This document shows positions 9,655-19,204 of a stretch of DNA of 32,000 nt, one piece after another. The notes below the pieces were generated by a model. That model was not told where the DNA came from. It made no database searches and saw nothing but the letters and a program-made list of their open reading frames with translations. Each line of letters opens with the position of its first letter. Position 1 is the first letter of the stretch. A program made the translations under genes and the position numbers. This DNA is from an uncultured archaeon. Its GTDB lineage: Archaea; Asgardarchaeota; Lokiarchaeia; Sigyniarchaeales; Promethearchaeaceae. The stretch covers positions 71,695 through 103,694 of the forward strand of contig CAYRPF010000001.1 of the NCBI GenBank assembly GCA_964426185.1, read 5' to 3'.

Positions 9655-9660
9655 GGTGAT
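9655..9660 (+). promoter_or_regulatory. Shine-Dalgarno-like GGTGAT preceding the putative ATT start of moaA
   Basis: GGTGA, 6 nt, then ATT; spacing is similar to GAGGTG(A) before rpl34e and rpl14e in this window. Confidence 0.55.
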
Positions 9661-9665
9661 TCTCA

Positions 9666-10565
9666 ATTTCTTCCTTAAAATTAGTAGATAGATTTCACCG
9701 TGAGATCAAGCGTTTTCGAGTTTCAATTACATCAGAATGTAATTTAAACTGCCCTTATTGCCATCACGAAGGAAATCCAAATCCAAATCCCCATCAATTT
9801 ACTCCATTAGAGCAGCTGGTCCAATTAACCCCGATAATTTCTAAATATAATATTTCCAGTATCAAGATAACCGGTGGAGAGCCGCTTTTGCATCCTAAGG
9901 TTGTGGAAATTGTCCGACTTTTTTCTCAAATTCCATCCGTAAATGATGTTTCCTTAACTTCTAATGGGATTTTTTTAAAAAAGTATGCTGTTGAACTAAA
10001 AAAGGCAGGGTTAAACCGAATTAATATTGGCTGTGATACAATTTACGATTCTACATATAAAAATCTTAATAGAATAAAAGATGGTCTTCTATTGGCTAAA
10101 AAGGTGGGAATTTCCCCAATTAAATTGAATATGGTCATCTTGAAAGATGTGAATGAAGATCAATTTGAACCATTACTCGCTTTTTGTGAAGAACATGGGT
10201 TTATTCTGCAAGTTATCGAACTGATTAACACAAATAAGGCTTTTTTTACTAAATACCATTACGATTTAAGCTCATTAGAAAACAATATTGCTCAAAGAGC
10301 CAGTAAAGTCATCACACGAGATGTTCAAGATCGTAAACAATACACATTAGATTCTGGTGTTGTTGTCGAATTTGTAAATCCTGTGCATAATTCACGGTTC
10401 TGCGCAAAATGTAATACTTTACGCGTGACCAATGATTTTCAATTCCAACCTTGTCTAAATCGCCAAGATAATCTTGTTCCTGTCGGAGAAGAAATTGAAG
10501 AGAGTTTAAAACTGGCGATTCAAAGGAGAGAGCCATTTAATGTCAGAAAAAAAAACAAAAAATAA
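9666..10565 (+). CDS. moaA: GTP 3',8-cyclase MoaA (radical SAM); true start lies upstream of the track's 9888 and is probably a non-canonical ATT
   Basis: The same frame upstream of 9888 reads LVDRFHREIKRFRVSITSECNLNCPYCHHEG (CxxxCxxC) and KITGGEPLL. C-terminal FCAKCNTLRVT...PCL. In-frame TGA at 9657-9659, with no ATG/GTG/TTG before 9888. Confidence 0.9.
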   Translation: MSSLKLVDRFHREIKRFRVSITSECNLNCPYCHHEGNPNPNPHQFTPLEQLVQLTPIISKYNISSIKITGGEPLLHPKVVEIVRLFSQIPSVNDVSLTSNGIFLKKYAVELKKAGLNRINIGCDTIYDSTYKNLNRIKDGLLLAKKVGISPIKLNMVILKDVNEDQFEPLLAFCEEHGFILQVIELINTNKAFFTKYHYDLSSLENNIAQRASKVITRDVQDRKQYTLDSGVVVEFVNPVHNSRFCAKCNTLRVTNDFQFQPCLNRQDNLVPVGEEIEESLKLAIQRREPFNVRKKNKK

Positions 10566-11037
10566 CTCTAAAAAAATCGTTAAAAATATATCTATGGTTG
10601 ATATTAGTGCAAAACCGCCTATTAAGCGCGTTGCTGTAGCTGAAGGGGAAATTCATCTTCAACCGACCACGATTGAGGCCATTCAGAGTGGAAGGATTAA
10701 AAAAGGGGATCCACTCGCTGTTTCTCAAGTTGCAGCAATAAATGCCGTTAAAAATACTCCAACTCTAATTCCTTTATGTCACCAAATCCCGATAACAAAG
10801 ATTTCATTTGAAATTAATGTTGAATCGGAAAAAATAAAGGTTAGTGTTAAAGTTGAAACTATTGCCCAAACTGGCGTAGAGATGGAAGCATTAATCGGTG
10901 TAAGTGTTTTTCTGAATAATATTTGGGATATGACCAAGTATTTAGAAAAAGATCCAAATGGACAATATCCCACCACTAAGATTTCTAATATTCGTGTAAT
11001 TTCTAAGCAAAAAATACCTATTTCTAATACAAAATAA
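10540..11037 (+). CDS. moaC: Cyclic pyranopterin monophosphate synthase MoaC
   Basis: MVDISAK...R.AVAEG, KKGDPL, LIPLCH, TGVEMEAL, IWDMTK. Confidence 0.96.
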   Translation: MSEKKTKNNSKKIVKNISMVDISAKPPIKRVAVAEGEIHLQPTTIEAIQSGRIKKGDPLAVSQVAAINAVKNTPTLIPLCHQIPITKISFEINVESEKIKVSVKVETIAQTGVEMEALIGVSVFLNNIWDMTKYLEKDPNGQYPTTKISNIRVISKQKIPISNTK

Positions 11038-11048
11038 TTTTAAAATAG

Positions 11049-12266
11049 ATGATAGACATGAGACCGCTAAAATCTTTGATCAGTTTGGAACAAGCCCATG
11101 AAATTTTATTCAATAACCTCAAAATTTGCGAAGAAACAGAAAGAATTCCACTTTTGGAATTATCTAATCGCGTTTCTGCTGAAGAAATCAAAGCAGAATT
11201 CAATGTACCTCCATTCAGAAGGGCTGCAATGGATGGATATGCTGTTAAAGCAAGTTCCACTTTTCAAGCCACGGATTCAAATCCCATCTACTTGGAGTGT
11301 ATTGAGGAAATTCATGCAGGAGATGTACCCACTAAGTCAATTGATGAAACACAGTGTATGGAAATTGCCACGGGTGCAATGCTTCCCGATAGTGCAGATT
11401 GTGTAGTCCCGGTTGAGTATACAAATCGAGAAAAGAATAAAATTGAGATTCTTAAGGGATTTGCACCTCACAGCAATGTATCTCAAGAAGGTGTTGACAT
11501 TCATCGAGGTGAAATCGTCATTCCCCAGGAAGTTGTGTTTACTCCTGCTCGAATTGGTGTATTAGCTGCTTTGAACCGAAAAGATGCTTTAGTTTATCGT
11601 AAAGTGAAAGTTGCCGTAATCCCTACAGGAAGGGAAATTGCACCTTTAGGCTCTGAATTAAAACCGGGACAAGTTTATGACATAAATACATATACTTTAA
11701 CCACTTTGATTGCTCAACACGGGGGCGAACCAGTAGTATACGATCTCGTAGAAGATTCATTTGAAGCTTTGGAATCAGTAATTCTAGATGCCGTAACAAA
11801 AACAGATATAGTGGTAATTGGTGGTGGTAGCTCCGTGGGAGAACGTGATATAAATGTGGATATTATTGAAAAACATGGAACGGTTCTATTTCATGGGATT
11901 CAAATTCGGCCTGGAAAACCAACTTTGTGTGGAAAGATTCAAGATATCATGATTTTAAATCTTCCGGGCTATCCAACTTCCTGCTTAACTAATGGATATA
12001 TCAATCTTTTACCGGTATTGCGGAAAATGAGCCATCTTCCACCTGTTACTAAAAGAAAAATTCAAGTAAAATTGGCTAAAAAAATCGTTTCTCGGTTAGG
12101 CCGGCATCAAATTTTCACTGTGATGGTTAATGATGAATATGCTTTTCCTGCCTATAAAGAATCAGGGGCAATTACAAGCATGGCATTAGCTGATGGCTAC
12201 ATCGAAATCCCCGATAATTGTGATTTGATCGATAAAAATGAAATTGTGGAAGTTACTCTCTTCTAA
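11049..12266 (+). CDS. moeA: Molybdopterin molybdo/tungstotransferase MoeA
   Basis: PPFRRAAMDGYAV, IATGAMLP, PTGREI, GGSSVGERD, RPGKPT, LPGYPTS, SGAITSMALADG. Confidence 0.96.
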   Translation: MIDMRPLKSLISLEQAHEILFNNLKICEETERIPLLELSNRVSAEEIKAEFNVPPFRRAAMDGYAVKASSTFQATDSNPIYLECIEEIHAGDVPTKSIDETQCMEIATGAMLPDSADCVVPVEYTNREKNKIEILKGFAPHSNVSQEGVDIHRGEIVIPQEVVFTPARIGVLAALNRKDALVYRKVKVAVIPTGREIAPLGSELKPGQVYDINTYTLTTLIAQHGGEPVVYDLVEDSFEALESVILDAVTKTDIVVIGGGSSVGERDINVDIIEKHGTVLFHGIQIRPGKPTLCGKIQDIMILNLPGYPTSCLTNGYINLLPVLRKMSHLPPVTKRKIQVKLAKKIVSRLGRHQIFTVMVNDEYAFPAYKESGAITSMALADGYIEIPDNCDLIDKNEIVEVTLF

Positions 12267-12304
12267 TTTTTTTATTTTACAATTAAAAATTTTAACGAAC
12301 AAAA

Positions 12305-12853
12305 TTGGCTAATATCATGAAAGAAGAAACGAAAAGTACAAAAAATCACCATCTTTCTAAGTTGCCTCTCCAAATTCGAGCTAAAGTTATTATGATGAGT
12401 GATTCTCTTACAGCTGTCTCTGAAAAGAAGCGGGAAAAATTCGATAAATCGGGTAAAATCGCCGAACAATTAATCAAAAATAATGAAATTGAATGGGTTG
12501 GGATGGAATACTGCAGCGATGACATTGATCCTTTGCATGAACTGTTAGAGTCATATATTAAAGAAAAAATTGAACTCATAATTACCATAGGAGGAACTGG
12601 GATTAGCCAGCGCGATATTACTATTGAAGCTGCATCCCCCTTTATTGAAAAAGAGCTGCCTGGATTTGGTGAATTATTCCGGTATCAAACCTATAAGTCG
12701 GTGGGAACGGTTTCGATTATGACACGTGCTTTAGCTGGAATTCATGGGAAATCAGTTATTGTATGTTTACCTGGGTCTCCGAATGCAGTAGAATTGGGAA
12801 TTAACCTTATTTTAAAAGAAATTCAGCACATTGCAAGTTTACTCCAAAAATGA
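12305..12853 (+). CDS. moaB: Molybdopterin adenylyltransferase, MoaB/MogA family
   Basis: SD...DKSG, TIGGTGISQRDITIEA, ELPGFGELFR, TRALAG, LPGSPNAV. Confidence 0.93.
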   Translation: MANIMKEETKSTKNHHLSKLPLQIRAKVIMMSDSLTAVSEKKREKFDKSGKIAEQLIKNNEIEWVGMEYCSDDIDPLHELLESYIKEKIELIITIGGTGISQRDITIEAASPFIEKELPGFGELFRYQTYKSVGTVSIMTRALAGIHGKSVIVCLPGSPNAVELGINLILKEIQHIASLLQK

Positions 12854-12882
12854 TTTTTATTCAAGAAATAAAATTGATAATA

Positions 12883-13821
12883 ATGAAGAAAAACCAAAAA
12901 ATTGCCTTATGGGGATTAAGCATCATCATTATTGCAACCTTTTCCTTTGGAGGATTTATCTACTTCAAACACCAATCCGAAAAGAAGATAATTTTAGCCA
13001 CAACCACTTCCACCTATGATAGTGGTCTGCTAGATTATTTACTACCAGTATTTGAAGAACAAAATGGAATAACCGTCGAAATTTTATCGGTTGGAACAGG
13101 TCAAGCTTTAAGTATTGGGCAATCCGGTGACGCAGATGTGTTGTTGGTTCATGCTCGCACAAGAGAAGATGAATTCATTGCTAATGAATATGGAATTCAT
13201 CGAACTTGTGTAATGTACAACGATTTCATTCTGGTAGGACCTTCTTCTAATCCAGCACATATTCAAAATCAGAATTTAACTACAGCACTCAATAATTTAA
13301 TTTCAGCAGGAGAAAATGGAACAATTTCATTCTATTCTCGAGGTGATGGTTCAGGCACTCATTCCAAAGAATTAGCTTTATGGGATTCTGTCGGTTTTAC
13401 TCCAAATGCATTTAACATGACATGGTATAAGGAAACTGGAGCAAGTATGGGTAGCACATTGATAATTACCAATGAAAACCAGGGATATACCTTAATAGAC
13501 AGAGGAACATGGTTGGCTACCAAAGCAACTGTCGATCTTGTAGTAGTTCACGAGGGAGATCCGATTTTACTGAACCCCTATGGTGCTATTTTAATTAATC
13601 CTGAAATTCATTCTGGAATTAATTTTGAAATGGCACGGGAATTTGTTGCCTTTCTGGTTTCGGAGCAGGGCCAAACCTTGATAAATGAGTATAAAGTCAA
13701 TGGAGAACAATTATTTCACGCGGATTTTGGAAATTGCGACAAATTAACTGGTTGCAGTACTACTTCAACCGAAATTGAATATTGGACAAATTATAATGGA
13801 AATTTTACCGGTTTCGATTAA
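12883..13821 (+). CDS. tupA: Tungstate ABC transporter substrate-binding protein TupA
   Basis: N-terminal hydrophobic anchor, ATTTSTYDSGLL (TTTS motif), GTGQAL, DVLLVHA, MYNDF, SRGDGSGTH, DRGTW. Likely start is the ATG at 12883. Confidence 0.93.
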   Translation: MKKNQKIALWGLSIIIIATFSFGGFIYFKHQSEKKIILATTTSTYDSGLLDYLLPVFEEQNGITVEILSVGTGQALSIGQSGDADVLLVHARTREDEFIANEYGIHRTCVMYNDFILVGPSSNPAHIQNQNLTTALNNLISAGENGTISFYSRGDGSGTHSKELALWDSVGFTPNAFNMTWYKETGASMGSTLIITNENQGYTLIDRGTWLATKATVDLVVVHEGDPILLNPYGAILINPEIHSGINFEMAREFVAFLVSEQGQTLINEYKVNGEQLFHADFGNCDKLTGCSTTSTEIEYWTNYNGNFTGFD

Positions 13822-13822
13822 A

Positions 13823-14515
13823 ATGAATCCAATCCTAGTGGGTTTCTCTGAAGCCTTCAATTTACTTTTTTCTTTTGATGAAGAAATATGGAGTATCATA
13901 TTTCTTTCTTTTCAAGTTTCAGGGATAGCAACATTAATATCTGTCATTTTCGCGCTACCATTAGGATCTTACATGGGTCTTCAAGAATTTCGGTGGAAAA
14001 AGACCATTTCAACCATTATTAATACTTGTATGGGCTTTCCAACTGTAGTCTTGGGATTAATTGTTTTTTTATTATTATCAAAGAGCGGCCCTTTGGGAAA
14101 TTTAGCACTTCTATATTCCCCTGTTGCTATGATAATTGCCCAGATCTTGCTTACTTTTCCAATTATTTTAGGAACAACTAAAGCTGCAGTTGAGAGTGTG
14201 TCTTCTTCGGTAAAAGAATTATTGTTATCCTTAGGTTCAACTCGTTTTCAATTATGGAAATCTTTACTGTTAGAATCCCGGAAATCAACAATATCTGGGG
14301 TGATAATGGCATTTGGTCGGGCAATTTCTGAGGTTGGAGCTGTAATGATTGTAGGGGGGAATATTCGATGGTATACTCGAACTTTTACAACTGCTATTAT
14401 TATGCAAACCCGAATGGGCGATTTTGGCATGGCTATTGCCCTAGGAATGATTCTTCTATTGTTAACATTTATCATTAATATATTTCTCACTCATTTACAA
14501 ACGGAGGAAGCCTAA
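13823..14515 (+). CDS. tupB: Tungstate ABC transporter permease TupB
   Basis: Hydrophobic helices; NTCMGFPTVVLGL, SGPLG, AFGRAISEVGAVMIVGGNIRWYTRTFTTAI. Likely start is the ATG at 13823. Confidence 0.93.
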   Translation: MNPILVGFSEAFNLLFSFDEEIWSIIFLSFQVSGIATLISVIFALPLGSYMGLQEFRWKKTISTIINTCMGFPTVVLGLIVFLLLSKSGPLGNLALLYSPVAMIIAQILLTFPIILGTTKAAVESVSSSVKELLLSLGSTRFQLWKSLLLESRKSTISGVIMAFGRAISEVGAVMIVGGNIRWYTRTFTTAIIMQTRMGDFGMAIALGMILLLLTFIINIFLTHLQTEEA

Positions 14516-15642
14516 TGGATGCAATTATTACCGATACAAGTGAACAAAATTCTTTTTTAATTCGTTGTAAAGATCTTTCTGTGCATTATCGGCAACCTAA
14601 TGGACATTTTACTCGAGTTTTATCCAATCTTTCTTTGGAAATCCGTCAAGGGGAAAATTTGGTTATTATTGGTCCAAACGGCGCGGGAAAAACCACTTTA
14701 TTGAAAATAATTGGTTTACTCATTTCACCTACCAATGGAAATATATGGTTCAGAGAAAAACTGCTTGAGAAAATAAATGCTCGTGAACGGCTGCAAATTC
14801 GCCGTAAAATTGCTTTTGTTCATCAGAAACCAGTTGTGCTAAATACTACTGTAAAAAAAAATCTTGCATATCCATTACTTATTCGGAGATTCCCTAAAAA
14901 AAAAATTCAGCAGAAAGTTTCCCAAATGTTGAAACTGCTTGAATTAAGTAAGTTTATCAATCATCCTGCCCGAAAATTGTCCGGAGGGGAGATGCAGCGC
15001 GTTGCTATCGGAATGAGTTTAATTTATGAACCTGAATTGATTCTATTTGATGAAAGTATGGCAAATCTGGATCCCAGCAATCAACATCTGATCGAGGGTT
15101 TAATGCAGAATTTATTAAACGATCAATCCAAAACTTTGCTTATCACAACACACGATCCTATGGAAGCAATTAAATTTGGTGATCGGATTGCAGTGTTAAA
15201 CCAAGGCAAAATTATACAAATAGATAAACCAGAACGTATTTTTCTGGAGCCCAATGATGCCTTTACGGCTCAATTTGTTGGCTATGAAAACATTTTTGAA
15301 GGTTTCGGCGTTATTGATTCGGATACAGGAATCAATAATATTAAAATTAACGATATTACAATCGCGGCTTCAAAAGCCCGGGAAGGAAAGGTTAAAGTGT
15401 GTATTCGCCCTGAAAGCATCGTAATTTCGCATTATCGCCCCAAAGAGATAAGTTTTCGTAATATTTTGAAGGGAAACATCATGAAATGCAACGATTTAGG
15501 AATAGTATTTCACGTTTTCGTATCTGTTTCTACTGACGTTTTTTTGGTATCCATCACGCGCAATGCATGGAATACTTTACAGCTTTCTTTGGGAGAGCCC
15601 GTATTTATCAGCTTTAAAGCTACAGATGTGCAAATACTATAA
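14515..15642 (+). CDS. tupC: ABC ATPase TupC/WtpC with C-terminal TOBE-like domains
   Basis: GPNGAGKT, LSGGEMQRV, LFDE, THD, IRPESI, SFRNILKG, SFKATDV. Confidence 0.9.
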   Translation: MDAIITDTSEQNSFLIRCKDLSVHYRQPNGHFTRVLSNLSLEIRQGENLVIIGPNGAGKTTLLKIIGLLISPTNGNIWFREKLLEKINARERLQIRRKIAFVHQKPVVLNTTVKKNLAYPLLIRRFPKKKIQQKVSQMLKLLELSKFINHPARKLSGGEMQRVAIGMSLIYEPELILFDESMANLDPSNQHLIEGLMQNLLNDQSKTLLITTHDPMEAIKFGDRIAVLNQGKIIQIDKPERIFLEPNDAFTAQFVGYENIFEGFGVIDSDTGINNIKINDITIAASKAREGKVKVCIRPESIVISHYRPKEISFRNILKGNIMKCNDLGIVFHVFVSVSTDVFLVSITRNAWNTLQLSLGEPVFISFKATDVQIL

Positions 15643-15699
15643 ATTTCTAATATCTTTTCTCCGAAGAACTTTTATAATTTCCATGAATTCACTATACTG

Positions 15700-16353
15700 A
15701 TGGATTCACGAACCCTTCCTCCTTTTAATTCTTTAGTTCAACGGCTTTTTCACACCAAAACTATTGGACCTTCTTATAAACCCCCCCATATTCTTTACGT
15801 TCTTCATATAATAGGAGGGCAATCTCAAGGTGTTGGGCGTTACCGAATCAGAAAAGAAGTAGGATTGGGTGAAGGTTCAGTAAAAACCTTGTTAAATCGG
15901 CTCAAGGATGAAATGATAATTCGAGTTGAAGGTGCGCGCCAGAGAGGTCATGTTTTAACCCCAAAAGGCCGTGAACTTTATAATTATTTATCCCATATAA
16001 TTTCCATTCCTCAATTTCTTCCAAATTTAGACAACAAATATGTGATCGGTTATCATGCGGCATATTGCCTGCTCGATCCCCAGTATTTAGTTCCAAATTT
16101 CGGACAGCTTTCTGTGCCCCTAAGAGATGAAGCAATAAAAATAGGAGGAACGGGATGCAGCACTTTGGAATATAATGGAAATAGTTGGTTTTTTTTGAAT
16201 TCTACTTCTTATATCTTAAATTTAGAATTGCAGCCGAGTCATGCTAAAAAAGTAAAAAAAGGTTCGATTCTGGTGATTGGAGGTGGGGAATCTCATAACA
16301 AGGCTGTTTTAGCCACCTTCGCTGCTTGTTTACGCTTGATTAAATCCCTCTAA
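15700..16353 (+). CDS. Archaeal winged-helix protein (DUF4443/DUF2111-like)
   Basis: GRYRIRKEVGLGEGSVKTLLNRL...GHVLTPKG HTH plus LRDEAIKIGG.G motif. Confidence 0.75.
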   Translation: MDSRTLPPFNSLVQRLFHTKTIGPSYKPPHILYVLHIIGGQSQGVGRYRIRKEVGLGEGSVKTLLNRLKDEMIIRVEGARQRGHVLTPKGRELYNYLSHIISIPQFLPNLDNKYVIGYHAAYCLLDPQYLVPNFGQLSVPLRDEAIKIGGTGCSTLEYNGNSWFFLNSTSYILNLELQPSHAKKVKKGSILVIGGGESHNKAVLATFAACLRLIKSL

Positions 16354-16374
16354 TTTTAAGTTAAATTTGGGATT

Positions 16375-17217
16375 TCACGACATAAGTTTAATTCGGGTTG
16401 AAAGTGATGGGAAGACCTCTAAATAGTTTGAGTAATACATTCTCTCCAGAAATTCTTCATCGATATTTTCCTCTTCAAATAATTCTATCGTATTGGCCAA
16501 TCCAAAAAGTGAACTATCTTTATATCCTAAGGAAGAATTGAGTACGATCCGATCAGAGCGAGAATAACTCTTAAATATATTCAAAGCTTCCTCTGGACTT
16601 GTAGCTTGTTGCCCAACCGTAATACCTACCTTAATATTAGGCTCATGAGTGCGTAGAACCAATTCTACGATTTCCAAATCACAGTGGTTGATAATTGCAC
16701 TGGTAACTTTGGCTTTGGCCAATTCTTTCAAAATTATAGAGGTTAATGCGACCTTATTCACACTAGGTGCTTCAACTACCACTGGCATATCATATTTGCT
16801 GGCTAAGGCTAACTGGCGTTTCATCTGCAAATATTCTTCTTTTGTGCCGAATCCCATACCGATTTCGCCAATTCCTATGATCTTTTTCGTTTTGATATAG
16901 TCTTCTATATAATTTACAGCAGATTCTACTACTTTTGAACTAATATTACGAAAGGGCGGAATTCCTATTATTGGATGTAAACGCAAGGAGTATTTGGCAT
17001 ATCGCTTCACATCCACATCGCACATCCAGGTAAAAAAATCGTTAATAGATTCTGGTGAAGTCGGTGTAAAGGGAAAAATTAAGGTAGTAATTAAATCTCT
17101 AAATCCAATATGTCGAAACATCTTTAGGTCGCCCACAGTTCGATAAATGCTGTGAATGATATCAATACGTTGACCTGCGTATATTAAGTGTGATGATTTA
17201 GTAAGCATTTTTATCAT
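16375..17217 (-). CDS. TatD-related TIM-barrel amidohydrolase-fold protein with degenerate metal site
   Basis: IGIPP, IGIGEIG, QLALA..YDMPVVVEAP, IINHC, VGITV, RIVLNS. The HxH, H and D ligands are substituted. Confidence 0.75.
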   Translation of the reverse strand: MIKMLTKSSHLIYAGQRIDIIHSIYRTVGDLKMFRHIGFRDLITTLIFPFTPTSPESINDFFTWMCDVDVKRYAKYSLRLHPIIGIPPFRNISSKVVESAVNYIEDYIKTKKIIGIGEIGMGFGTKEEYLQMKRQLALASKYDMPVVVEAPSVNKVALTSIILKELAKAKVTSAIINHCDLEIVELVLRTHEPNIKVGITVGQQATSPEEALNIFKSYSRSDRIVLNSSLGYKDSSLFGLANTIELFEEENIDEEFLERMYYSNYLEVFPSLSTRIKLMS

Positions 17218-17313
17218 GTTATTTTACCGCTTTTCATATAAAAAGATTCTCTTACGTGAATTTTTTAGGGATCCGAATGTATAATTAAATATTATCGAGA
17301 GGGTTTAAGTGAA

Positions 17314-18459
17314 ATGGAGCCAGAACCATTCGTCTTTCAAGGGAAGTTATCAGACTTTGAGAAGAAAATAGTTGAATTTCTGCTGGTGGATGCCCAGATG
17401 AATGGTGGTGATCCGAATGAGACCCTTATTTATATCTACATACTTTTGCATCGGAGATTAACCCAAGCACAATTGACCGAATTGACCAATTTTCCAAAAA
17501 GTAAAGTATCAAAAATTACTCAGCAACTCGTAGCTGAAGGCATTTTGAAGAAAGAATTCATACCTGGCACTCATACAAACGAATATATGCTCATACAACA
17601 GCCGTTTGAAATGAACTTTGTCCCCGTTGATCAAATTATCGAAAGTTTTAGAGAAATGTCAAAGTTCGTCGATGATACCATCAAAGAATTGCTGGAATTA
17701 CCCGGAAAACATCGTAAAGATCGAAACTTACTGATTTGGAGATTGTATGATTTCTCCCGATATACCCGTGGTTGCACCCAGATACTGAATTTTCAAAAGG
17801 AAAATTCTAACTTGCAAAAATTCGTATTCACAGATAAGACTTATGAGTTAATCACTCCTGCTTTCCGAGAAGAAATGCGGGAATATTTGTTCAATTTAGA
17901 TAAATCCAGCACTTATTTAATCGATTTTCAAGATGAAGATATCCAGAAAATTGAAGCAAAGATTATAAAATTTCTACTTGATCACATCGTTAAAGAAGAA
18001 AAAGAATCCATCAGCCGTATCCTTGCTTACTTCATCACACGAGGCAAATTAACTCAAAATTCCATTCAAAAATTAACAGATTTTTCCTCCGGCACCATTT
18101 CGCAAACTCTTCGCTATCTTTTAAAGGAAAAAAAAATTGATCAAATCCCTACTTCACGAATTGCTGGGAATGAATATTATTATACCCTGGAATCTATCAG
18201 TTTGATGCTTTTACATTACCATTCATCCGTATATAAAGATTTAATCGCATGGAAACCTACTTTCGATGAGATTAAACTGCAATTAAATGAACATGGCAAT
18301 GATCTTCTGTTTACTGATGGATATTTTTCCATCTATACAATTACCGATAAAATTCTAACCATCTTTTTCCCGAAATACGAGCAATACCTTTCTCAACATG
18401 AAAGACTGTTGGAGATCAATGAAAATGCTATTTTTAAAGAAGAAAAATCCATCTGTTGA
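17314..18459 (+). CDS. Transcriptional regulator with two tandem MarR/GbsR-type winged-helix repeats
   Basis: Repeat 1 FEKKIVEFLL..RLTQAQLTELTNFPKSKVS..L; repeat 2 IEAKIIKFLL..KLTQNSIQKLTDFSSGTISQTL. Confidence 0.82.
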   Translation: MEPEPFVFQGKLSDFEKKIVEFLLVDAQMNGGDPNETLIYIYILLHRRLTQAQLTELTNFPKSKVSKITQQLVAEGILKKEFIPGTHTNEYMLIQQPFEMNFVPVDQIIESFREMSKFVDDTIKELLELPGKHRKDRNLLIWRLYDFSRYTRGCTQILNFQKENSNLQKFVFTDKTYELITPAFREEMREYLFNLDKSSTYLIDFQDEDIQKIEAKIIKFLLDHIVKEEKESISRILAYFITRGKLTQNSIQKLTDFSSGTISQTLRYLLKEKKIDQIPTSRIAGNEYYYTLESISLMLLHYHSSVYKDLIAWKPTFDEIKLQLNEHGNDLLFTDGYFSIYTITDKILTIFFPKYEQYLSQHERLLEINENAIFKEEKSIC

Positions 18460-18807
18460 TGATTGGGGCGTAATTCCAGATTGGGAAATCAGTATACCCA
18501 AAAAATGGGTATCGAGAATATGAATATGGAAAAATCTCGAAATAATTGCATAATCTATCTGATAGACCAGTCCTTACTAGTAAATCCACAAGTTTTCCAT
18601 TTTATCGCAGAAAAATTATCCGAAAACAGCAAATTATGCCAAAATATCGAAGAAATTCTTAGAAACTTAAAAATTCCCATCCAAAAAGGATAATATAAAA
18701 TAAAGATATAAAGAAAATTATAAAGTAAAACCAAAATCTTTGATTTCATTAAGAAGATCAACTGAATTTCATAGATCGCTAAGCATATTGATTTATTCAG
18801 AAAAAAA

Positions 18808-18891
18808 TGGCGCACGCGATGGGATTTGAACCCACGAGTGCAGAGCACACTGGATTTCCAGTCCAGCTCCGTACGACTAGGATACGCGTGC
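18808..18891 (-). tRNA. tRNA-Ser(GGA), CCA encoded
   Basis: GCACGCG/CGCGTGC acceptor stem, CTGGA-CT GGA AA-TCCAG anticodon arm, long variable arm, GGTTCAAATCC, ends GCCA. Confidence 0.95.
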
Positions 18892-18919
18892 AAATATGGA
18901 AAAAAAAGATAATGGATAA

Positions 18920-19189
18920 TTATAAGTCCAATTTTATCCGGGTTTGGAATTTTTCTTCCAAATTTTTGGCTTTCAATTCTTTTTTAATGTCGTCTAAACT
19001 CGCACCTTTCTGGATATCTAACTTTTCAGGAGTAGGTGCCAAATGACGCACATTACACCGCCGTCGGCGGACTTTTAATCCTTCTACTAACACAAAAGAA
19101 TGATCAATTACTTCAACAACAGTACAGTAATAACCAGCTTCACGACCTAAGGTTTTTACTGCTACCCGACCTACATCAAAGACTGCCAT
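18920..19189 (-). CDS. rpl14e: 50S ribosomal protein L14e
   Basis: FDVGRVAVKTLGREAG..C.VVEVID..FVLVEG..VRRRRCNVRHL.PT. SD GAGGTG at 19198-19203 supports the ATG at 19189. Confidence 0.96.
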   Translation of the reverse strand: MAVFDVGRVAVKTLGREAGYYCTVVEVIDHSFVLVEGLKVRRRRCNVRHLAPTPEKLDIQKGASLDDIKKELKAKNLEEKFQTRIKLDL

Positions 19190-19204
19190 AAGTGAAACAC
19201 CTCG

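Noticed and set aside
9657-9659. In-frame TGA before moaA read as selenocysteine
   Set aside because: A TAA lies two codons upstream with no start codon in between, and the position is not a Cys site in MoaA.
18463-18693. 76-aa ORF after the regulator
   Set aside because: Short, no motif, uncertain start; it cannot be supported or excluded.
18555-19046. ORFs 18555-18893 and 18807-19046
   Set aside because: They overlap tRNA-Ser and rpl14e and are translation artefacts.
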